DNA from: an uncultured Candidatus Saccharibacteria bacterium
GTDB taxonomy: Bacteria; Patescibacteriota; Minisyncoccia; UBA6257; UBA11618
Reading direction: 5' to 3'
Assembly: GCA_964432405.1 (NCBI GenBank)
Contig: CAYSNH010000001.1
Coordinates: 162,080-194,079, forward strand
DNA: 32,000 nt
Shown here: one piece after another, positions 25,653 to 31,243 of the stretch
Layout of the letters: every line of letters begins with the position of its first letter
Position numbering within the stretch: the first letter of the stretch is position 1
The notes under the pieces: model-generated
What the model was told of the DNA's origin: nothing
The model's database searches: none
What the model saw: only the letters and a program-made list of their open reading frames with translations
Program-made: the position numbers and the translations under genes

Positions 25653-27491
25653 ATGAAAATGTTGTATAAGAATATTATTTGGGCCATCACCACTCTTTTA
25701 GTGGTTGCGATAGCCTTTTCCGCGGTTTCTGGTTCGTTTACTAAACCAACCTCTCTAACCTTAGATGAGCTGGTTACTAAAATTAATAAACAAGAGGTCT
25801 CCAAAATTATTGTTGCTGGAGAAAAACTAGAGATCGATCTAAAAGATGATACAAAAGCTGTGGCTCGTAAGGAGGCTGGCTTAGGTTTGAGTGAGACTTT
25901 AAAGAACTATGGTGTTGAATCAGGTCAATTAAGCGGAATCTCTTTAGAAATTAAAGATGAGTCTGGCTTGAAGTTTTGGGCTAGCATTCTTATCCCCTCC
26001 CTTTTACCTATTATAATCATTCTTTTTATTTTTTGGTTAGTGTTTAAAAATGCTAAACAAGGAGCTTCTCAAGCCTTTACTTTCGGCAAGGCTAATATTC
26101 GTCTTTTTGCTCCACAGAAAAAAGACAAAATCACCTTTAAAGATGTTGCTGGTCTAGAAGAAGCTAAACAAGAATTACAAGAAGTGGTTCAGTTCTTAAA
26201 AAATCCAAAAAAATTCTTAGATATTGGTGCTAAGATTCCTCGAGGTGTTCTATTAATGGGATCTCCAGGGACTGGTAAGACTTTATTGGCTAGAGCTGTT
26301 GCTGGTGAAAGTAATGTGCCGTTTTTCTCTATCTCAGCTTCAGAGTTTGTAGAGATGTTTGTTGGTGTGGGTGCTTCTCGAACTCGTGATGCTTTTGCTA
26401 CTGCTAAAAAAGCTGCCCCGGCTATTCTCTTTATTGATGAGATCGATGCCATTGGTCGTCAACGAGGCGCGGGTCTTGGTGGAGGTCATGACGAAAGAGA
26501 GCAAACTCTTAATCAGATCTTAGTCGAGTTAGACGGCTTTGAAAGAGATACACAAGTTATCATTATTGCTGCTACTAACCGACCAGATGTTCTTGATAAA
26601 GCTTTGCTACGACCAGGTCGTTTTGATCGACAGGTTGTTTTAGATCTTCCTGATATCAGAGATCGTGAGGCTATCCTAAAAATTCACATGTTAGATAAGC
26701 CAGTTGAAGAAAGTATTGATATTAAAAAGGTTGCTGTTAGAACTCCTGGCTTTTCTGGTGCTGATTTAGCTAACCTGGTTAATGAAGCTGCTATATTAGC
26801 TGCTCGTAATGATAAAAAGATTGTTTCCGAACAAGACTTGCTCGAGTCAGTAGAAAAGGTCTTGCTTGGTCCAGAGCGTCGTAGCCGAGTCATTACAGAC
26901 AAAGAGCGTAAAATAACCGCTTACCACGAAGCTGGCCATGCTTTAGTGGCTGCTAGCTTAGAGAACTCTGACCCAGTTCATAAGGTGTCTATTATTAGTC
27001 GTGGTTTTGCTGGTGGTTACACTCTTAAGCTTCCCATTGAAGAGGCTAGCCTCAAAACTCGTTCTCAATTCTTAACCGACCTAGCTACTATGATGGGTGG
27101 TTATGCCGCTGAAGAGATAATTTTTGGTGAGATGAGTACTGGTGCTTCCAACGACCTTAAGCAAGCTTCTAGTCTGGCTCGAAAACTAGTTACCAAATAT
27201 GGTATGAGTGAAAAGCTAGGCCCAATCGCTTATGGAGAAGGTAGTGATATGGTTTTCTTAGGCAGAGACATAGCATCTGACAAAAACTATTCTGAAGATG
27301 TAGCAGCTAAGATTGATGCTGAGGTTAAAAGCTTTATCACTCACGCTTACGAGACTGCTAAGAAGGTTTTAGAAGATCGCAAAGAAGTTCTTCAAGCTGT
27401 TACCGACGCCCTTCTTCAGAAGGAGGTCCTTGAACAAGAAGAGTTTTATGGTATATTGGAACCTTTCCAATTAAACAAGCTTGCGGTATAA
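25653..27491 (+). CDS. ftsH: ATP-dependent zinc metalloprotease FtsH
   Basis: Two TMs, Walker [18 protein letters not shown], Walker [13 protein letters not shown] region and zinc motif HEAGHAL. Confidence 0.97.
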   Translation: MKMLYKNIIWAITTLLVVAIAFSAVSGSFTKPTSLTLDELVTKINKQEVSKIIVAGEKLEIDLKDDTKAVARKEAGLGLSETLKNYGVESGQLSGISLEIKDESGLKFWASILIPSLLPIIIILFIFWLVFKNAKQGASQAFTFGKANIRLFAPQKKDKITFKDVAGLEEAKQELQEVVQFLKNPKKFLDIGAKIPRGVLLMGSPGTGKTLLARAVAGESNVPFFSISASEFVEMFVGVGASRTRDAFATAKKAAPAILFIDEIDAIGRQRGAGLGGGHDEREQTLNQILVELDGFERDTQVIIIAATNRPDVLDKALLRPGRFDRQVVLDLPDIRDREAILKIHMLDKPVEESIDIKKVAVRTPGFSGADLANLVNEAAILAARNDKKIVSEQDLLESVEKVLLGPERRSRVITDKERKITAYHEAGHALVAASLENSDPVHKVSIISRGFAGGYTLKLPIEEASLKTRSQFLTDLATMMGGYAAEEIIFGEMSTGASNDLKQASSLARKLVTKYGMSEKLGPIAYGEGSDMVFLGRDIASDKNYSEDVAAKIDAEVKSFITHAYETAKKVLEDRKEVLQAVTDALLQKEVLEQEEFYGILEPFQLNKLAV

Positions 27492-27503
27492 TAAATGCCG
27501 CAA

Positions 27504-27576
27504 GGGCCTGTAGCTCAATGGTTAGAGCGCCAAGCTTATACCTTGGTGGTTCCTGGTTCGAATCCAGGCAGGCCCA
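27504..27576 (+). tRNA. tRNA-Ile (anticodon UAU)
   Basis: Acceptor GGGCCTG/CAGGCCC, D arm GCTC-AATGGTTA-GAGC, anticodon arm CCAAG-CTTATAC-CTTGG (positions 34-36 = TAT), T arm CCTGG-TTCGAAT-CCAGG, discriminator A. The body resembles Ile2-type tRNAs. No CCA. Confidence 0.85.
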
Positions 27577-27578
27577 CA

Positions 27579-27650
27579 GGGCGCTTAGCTCAGTGGTAGA
27601 GCGACTCGTTTACACCGAGTAGGTCGGGGGTTCGATACCCTCAGCGCCCA
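27579..27650 (+). tRNA. tRNA-Val (anticodon UAC)
   Basis: Acceptor GGGCGCT/AGCGCCC, anticodon arm ACTCG-TTTACAC-CGAGT, T arm GGGGG-TTCGATA-CCCTC, discriminator A. Starts 2 nt after the preceding tRNA. Confidence 0.9.
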
Positions 27651-27664
27651 CAATTGCTTTTTAC

Positions 27665-27693
27665 TTGACAATTAAAATTTGTTGGTTTATGAT
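27665..27693 (+). promoter_or_regulatory. near-consensus sigma70 promoter of the 97-aa ORFan
   Basis: TTGACA (27665-27670), 17-nt spacer, TATGAT (27688-27693). Confidence 0.65.
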
Positions 27694-27761
27694 ATAAAAA
27701 CATCTTTGCCGGTGTTGGTGAAGATTTTTTAGTTCTTTTTAAGGAAGGAGATCTGTCTAGG

Positions 27762-28055
27762 ATGCTAACTAGAACGGAGTCTACACAAATCACGTTGGTC
27801 CCTGGTGGAGAAGCTTTGGTTTTGGATGTAGGCAAACACAAGCTCGCACTTCATCTCGATTCTGAGAGCAGAAGGATGTGGGTTGGAGACGTCAATGGTC
27901 GTCTGGATGATGGACAAATGGTTTTGTTTCGATTCTTTAAGGTACCGACTGAAAATCATGATGTCTGGATCATGCTCAGAAACAGTTTAAGAGTAGAGGA
28001 TTTCACCGAAGAAGTTCAGCACTTGGTAGACTACTTTAACAGTCTGTCAGCATGA
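27762..28055 (+). CDS. 97-aa soluble ORFan (cassette D, gene 1)
   Basis: ATG preceded by AAGGAAGGAGA (10-nt spacing). It has its own promoter and its own terminator. No family recognised. Confidence 0.7.
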   Translation: MLTRTESTQITLVPGGEALVLDVGKHKLALHLDSESRRMWVGDVNGRLDDGQMVLFRFFKVPTENHDVWIMLRNSLRVEDFTEEVQHLVDYFNSLSA

Positions 28056-28079
28056 TCTTCAGGTTCCTGTTCTTTCCCC

Positions 28080-28108
28080 GCGCCTTGCTTAACAGCAGGC
28101 GCTTTTTT
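28080..28108 (+). terminator. intrinsic terminator
   Basis: GCGCC(T)TGCT-taac-AGCAGGCGC followed by TTTTTT. Confidence 0.75.
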
Positions 28109-28112
28109 ATTG

Positions 28113-28142
28113 TTGACTAATAATACAATATTCTTTTATAAT
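28113..28142 (+). promoter_or_regulatory. near-consensus sigma70 promoter of the M16 peptidase gene
   Basis: TTGACT (28113-28118), 18-nt spacer, TATAAT (28137-28142). Confidence 0.65.
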
Positions 28143-28186
28143 CTTTTCTTAGAGCTCATTAACAAACCGAATAAAGGAGTTGGTTT

Positions 28187-29491
28187 ATGAAAGACTGTTA
28201 CAAAGTTCACTGTGGTCGTCTTCAAAATGGCTTAAGGTTTTATAGTCAAAATGATAGTAGTGAATCAAAGGAGTTGGCCTTGATTGTTATCATGGCTGGC
28301 TCTATTCACGATCCTCCTAACCGTAGAGGTCTCTCACATCTAACGGAGCATGTTATATGCGCTGAATCAAAACAGCATAATCCTCAGCAGGTTGAATCGA
28401 TTATGCACAGAACTATTGGCTATAGTGATTTAGCTTGGATTACTACTGGTAGGACAGCTACTACATTTGGTCCAATGGACAGTATAAAAAAATCTCACAA
28501 TCGAAACCTCTTCAACATGTTTTCTTGCATGATTAAGGAACCGGTTATTTCTAAATCAGTCTGTGATTCAGAGAAAGCTAGTGTCAATCAAGAACATTTT
28601 CTGATGGCACGAGATTCGATGGTAGATTGGATAGAGGATCTATTCTGCGAGCTCCTTTTTCCTAAAAGGTTTACTGCTCGAAATCCAATCGATGGCCGAA
28701 TGAGCGATGTTCGCCGCTCCTCTCTTCTTGATATCAATAGGCATATTCAAAGATACTATGTCCCTAAGAATGCGTTCGTTGTTTATTTGGGACCTAGTCA
28801 TTCGGAAGTTGCAAGGTTGATTGAAAGAGAGTTGGGAGATTGGGTTAATCAGCCGAGGCATTATAATCCTAGTTTTCGAACTAGGTACAATGCTGATTCG
28901 TACGTTCTTAAAAAGCCAAAAAGGAAGGTCGTTGTTCGGCCAGGTATTCATCAGTATCATGTTGCTATAGGCTTCCCTACCGAAACCTATCTTAGTAAAG
29001 ATGCTGAGGCTATCGATATCCTTGCTAGAATTCTTTCTAGACGGATGTATGGAGAGATAAGGACTAAGAACCAGTCTTGGTCAGGAGGTTCTTATCGATC
29101 ACCGGTATTAACAGAAAGGACTTTTGCTCACGGATTATTTTGTTTTCACTTTGCTACCATTGACCAGAGTTTTGTAAGAGTCGGAATAAGAGCCTTTCGC
29201 GATCAATGCCGTTTGCTATGCGATCAGCTTGTTAGTAGGTCGGAGGCTGAAGATTGTATTGGTTTTATGTACGACAGTGAGTTCATGGAGGTTTTTAAAA
29301 GATGTCCTTCCTTGCTCATGGATGAAATTGTAGCAAGCGTTTCAAATGGAGATCTTGATTTAACAAGGTTGCATGAAAGGGGAGAGAGGATCAACAAATA
29401 CCTCAGAAGAGGAGGTCGTGCCAAATTGAGAGAGGTGGCTCAAAAGTATCTTTCTCAGAATAGTGCTTGTGTTGTAATCAAGCCATCTTAA
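28187..29491 (+). CDS. M16 (pitrilysin/insulinase) family zinc peptidase, solitary, no signal peptide (cassette D, gene 2)
   Basis: Inverted zinc motif HxxEH in GLSHLTEHVICAE near the N-terminus, with a downstream acidic residue in SVNQEHF. 434 aa is the typical two-domain M16 size. SD AAGGAG lies 8 nt before the ATG. R/C/H-rich composition. Confidence 0.75.
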   Translation: MKDCYKVHCGRLQNGLRFYSQNDSSESKELALIVIMAGSIHDPPNRRGLSHLTEHVICAESKQHNPQQVESIMHRTIGYSDLAWITTGRTATTFGPMDSIKKSHNRNLFNMFSCMIKEPVISKSVCDSEKASVNQEHFLMARDSMVDWIEDLFCELLFPKRFTARNPIDGRMSDVRRSSLLDINRHIQRYYVPKNAFVVYLGPSHSEVARLIERELGDWVNQPRHYNPSFRTRYNADSYVLKKPKRKVVVRPGIHQYHVAIGFPTETYLSKDAEAIDILARILSRRMYGEIRTKNQSWSGGSYRSPVLTERTFAHGLFCFHFATIDQSFVRVGIRAFRDQCRLLCDQLVSRSEAEDCIGFMYDSEFMEVFKRCPSLLMDEIVASVSNGDLDLTRLHERGERINKYLRRGGRAKLREVAQKYLSQNSACVVIKPS

Positions 29492-29498
29492 CAAAGAC

Positions 29499-29522
29499 CA
29501 GACCCCAATCGGGGTCTTTTTT
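29499..29522 (+). terminator. intrinsic terminator of the M16 gene
   Basis: AGACCCC-aatc-GGGGTCT followed by TTTTTATTTTT. Confidence 0.8.
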
Positions 29523-29528
29523 ATTTTT

Positions 29529-29580
29529 AAGTGTCTACCACGGCCTAGATGGTAGACACTTTGGTAGACAGTGGTAGACA
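29529..29580. repeat. cluster of four TGGTAGACA 9-mers (one inverted, three direct)
   Basis: TGTCTACCA at 29532-29540. TGGTAGACA at 29550-29558, 29562-29570 and 29572-29580. The first two copies form a 12-bp-stem hairpin, AAGTGTCTACCA-(9 nt)-TGGTAGACACTT. Confidence 0.9.
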
Positions 29581-29618
29581 CCCCCTGTTTTTTAAAATAT
29601 TGTAGATTTTATCGAGCT

Positions 29619-29699
29619 ATCGGGTTTTCAAAAATTGACAAATATCATTTTTTAATGTCAAACATGGGTCTTTTTTTAGTGTTTTTTGGAAAACCCGAT
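29619..29699. repeat. nested inverted repeats (possible structured RNA or protein-binding site)
   Basis: Outer arms ATCGGGTTTTC (29619-29629) and GAAAACCCGAT (29689-29699). Inner arms TTGACA (29635-29640) and TGTCAA (29656-29661). Confidence 0.8.
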
Positions 29700-29757
29700 A
29701 TGCCCATAAAACCTATAAGAATTCGCGATTTTGCCAAAAACAGCTATTTTCGGTGGT

Positions 29758-29781
29758 AGACGTCTACCATCCTTACGTAAA
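29758..29781. repeat. left arm of a 24-bp perfect inverted repeat flanking the LAGLIDADG-like gene
   Basis: AGACGTCTACCATCCTTACGTAAA. Its outer end forms the 16-bp palindrome TGGTAGACGTCTACCA (29754-29769). Confidence 0.95.
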
Positions 29782-29798
29782 AAAAATAAAAAATTCCC

Positions 29799-30203
29799 CT
29801 ACTTTTTCCAATAACCTGTCCTATGTAGTCTGTAAAATAGCTTATAAAGCTTTGGAACAGCAGGATCCTTCCCTATTTTATTGAGCCAGCTAATAAATTC
29901 CTTTCCCTTACTCCCCTTTAATTGGTTATAAAAGAATGGAATTATTATGTTTTTTATTTGATTGAAATCCCTTACAGCTATTTTTGCCGAACTTTTTCTT
30001 TTTGCCCCATCTTTTTTATAAGGATCGTGTACGTATATTTTATTCTTTAAACCTAGATATAGCTTAACTTCTTTAACCATTTCTTTATCTTTAGCCTCCA
30101 TTACAAAATAAAAGGCAGGGATCTTTTTTGTCCCATTGCCGGAAAAAGTAAAAATTGCCTTACTTTCGGCAATTCCTAGTATGTAGTCTTTTGATAATTT
30201 CAT
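29799..30203 (-). CDS. single-motif LAGLIDADG-like homing endonuclease homologue (134 aa, degenerate motif)
   Basis: N-terminal DYILGIAESKAIFTF aligns with the LAGLIDADG helix (compare GFIDAEGCF), but the second acidic position is Lys. NIIIPFFYNQLKGSKGKEFISWLNKI matches the conserved IxxFxxYxLxGxKxxxFxxW block of LAGLIDADG_1 proteins. AT-rich and without an SD, like the core genes. Confidence 0.55.
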   Translation of the reverse strand: MKLSKDYILGIAESKAIFTFSGNGTKKIPAFYFVMEAKDKEMVKEVKLYLGLKNKIYVHDPYKKDGAKRKSSAKIAVRDFNQIKNIIIPFFYNQLKGSKGKEFISWLNKIGKDPAVPKLYKLFYRLHRTGYWKK

Positions 30204-30226
30204 TTACGTAAGGATGGTAGACGTCT
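30203..30226. repeat. right arm of the 24-bp perfect inverted repeat
   Basis: TTTACGTAAGGATGGTAGACGTCT, the exact reverse complement of 29758-29781. Followed by the near-palindrome TGGTAGACGTCTGCCA (30215-30230). Confidence 0.95.
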
Positions 30227-30243
30227 GCCATTGCTGCGTAATT

Positions 30244-30274
30244 ATAAAAATGTTTCACTGTGAAACATTTTTAT
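30244..30274. promoter_or_regulatory. 31-bp perfect palindrome in a divergent intergenic region (candidate operator)
   Basis: ATAAAAATGTTTCAC-T-GTGAAACATTTTTAT, between the divergent starts at 30203 (-) and 30377 (+). Confidence 0.5.
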
Positions 30275-30376
30275 TATAAGCTATATAAAATATATAAACA
30301 AATTTGTTTTATTCCGTTTACTTATATAAAGTTTAGTAAAGTACTTTGAAACTCGTTGATTGCTTAGGAGGAACTT

Positions 30377-30706
30377 ATGTTATTCGAAAATCATCGTGAA
30401 GAGATGCTGAGGCTCATAAAGGGCTTGGGTGAATTACCAAAAGAAAGTTACCAAACTAATATCACGATTTTTATCAAAGCTGATGTGGAGACAGGCGAAG
30501 GATTCTCCGCTTCCACTTTGATTGAGATTATAAAGGAAGAGTTTGGCGATACGCCCTTAGATCAGATTAGGATTGGCACTACTACAAGTCTGAGGATAGA
30601 AGGCGACAGTGATTCCCAAACCCCTTTTATTTGCCTGATTGGCTCAGTAGATGAAGAGAGTGATGAATCAGAATCATGGGATCAAAGTCCTCCTTCCATG
30701 AACTAA
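30377..30706 (+). CDS. 109-aa strongly acidic ORFan (cassette E)
   Basis: ATG preceded by TAGGAGGAA (5-nt spacing). D/E-rich C-terminus VDEESDESESWDQ. Followed by a hairpin terminator. No family recognised. Confidence 0.7.
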   Translation: MLFENHREEMLRLIKGLGELPKESYQTNITIFIKADVETGEGFSASTLIEIIKEEFGDTPLDQIRIGTTTSLRIEGDSDSQTPFICLIGSVDEESDESESWDQSPPSMN

Positions 30707-30711
30707 AAAAA

Positions 30712-30739
30712 CACCCCCTTATTAAATGGGGGGCTTTTA
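30712..30739. terminator. bidirectional hairpin terminator
   Basis: CCCCC-ttattaaat-GGGGGG flanked by an A-run and TTTTATTT, between the convergent stops at 30706 (+) and 30752 (-). Confidence 0.65.
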
Positions 30740-30751
30740 TTTGGTTATAAT

Positions 30752-31081
30752 TTATTTACAATTTCTACAAAGACTTGATTCGGGAGAGATCTCTATCTTT
30801 TCTTCATCGATCCCTTCATTGCATTTTTCGCACTTGCCGTATTCTCCTTTATCGATTTTCTCTAATGCATTATCGATGGCTTTTAATCTTTCCTTGAGAG
30901 AATCTCTAATAGCAGCATTATTAACCATTGCCTCTGCCTCATCAGCCTCTTGATCAAACGAAGTGCCTTCTGTGTCACTTCCCATATCTTCAACAAGGGG
31001 AGTCTTAGCAATCAACCCTTCAAGTTCCTTCTTATTACTCTCTAGACTATCTTTATATTTTTTAAGTTCTTCTTGTGTCAT
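30752..31081 (-). CDS. DksA/TraR-family C4 zinc-finger protein
   Basis: C-terminal CEKCNEGIDEEKIEISPESSLCRNC (CxxC-N17-CxxC) preceded by a coiled-coil region. The track start at 31111 adds an atypical hydrophobic MIFCCIYTFG, so I prefer ATG 31081 (MTQEELKKYK...). The start remains uncertain. Confidence 0.7.
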   Translation of the reverse strand: MTQEELKKYKDSLESNKKELEGLIAKTPLVEDMGSDTEGTSFDQEADEAEAMVNNAAIRDSLKERLKAIDNALEKIDKGEYGKCEKCNEGIDEEKIEISPESSLCRNCK

Positions 31082-31164
31082 ACCAAAAGTATAGATGCAA
31101 CAAAAAATCATTTCAATAACCTTTTACAAATAACTAATATCGTGTTATTAATTATTTTGCATAA

Positions 31165-31236
31165 GCCACCCTAGCTCAGCGGCAGAGCAGCTGTTTTGTA
31201 AACAGCAGGTCGTCGGTTCGAATCCGACGGGTGGCT
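31165..31236 (+). tRNA. tRNA-Thr (anticodon UGU)
   Basis: Acceptor GCCACCC/GGGTGGC, D arm GCTC-AGCGGCA-GAGC, anticodon arm GCTGT-TTTGTAA-ACAGC, T arm GTCGG-TTCGAAT-CCGAC, discriminator U. No CCA. Confidence 0.9.
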
Positions 31237-31243
31237 CAAAAAT

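Noticed and set aside
25598-25804. 68-aa minus-strand ORF overlapping the ftsH start
   Set aside because: It is antisense to the ftsH N-terminal TM region and the AT-rich promoter region, and has no start signals.
29571-29759. 62-aa plus-strand ORF in the repeat-rich intergenic region
   Set aside because: It has no SD, an odd hydrophobic and low-complexity translation, and is built across the inverted repeats. The region is better explained as non-coding.
29523-30376. Group I intron (or intein) hosting the LAGLIDADG-like ORF
   Set aside because: No rRNA, tRNA or protein-coding host gene is interrupted, and I could not identify conserved intron core pairings by eye. An Rfam/Infernal scan would be needed to exclude this fully.
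30726-30953. 75-aa plus-strand ORF
   Set aside because: It is antisense to the DksA/TraR-like gene and begins inside the bidirectional terminator.
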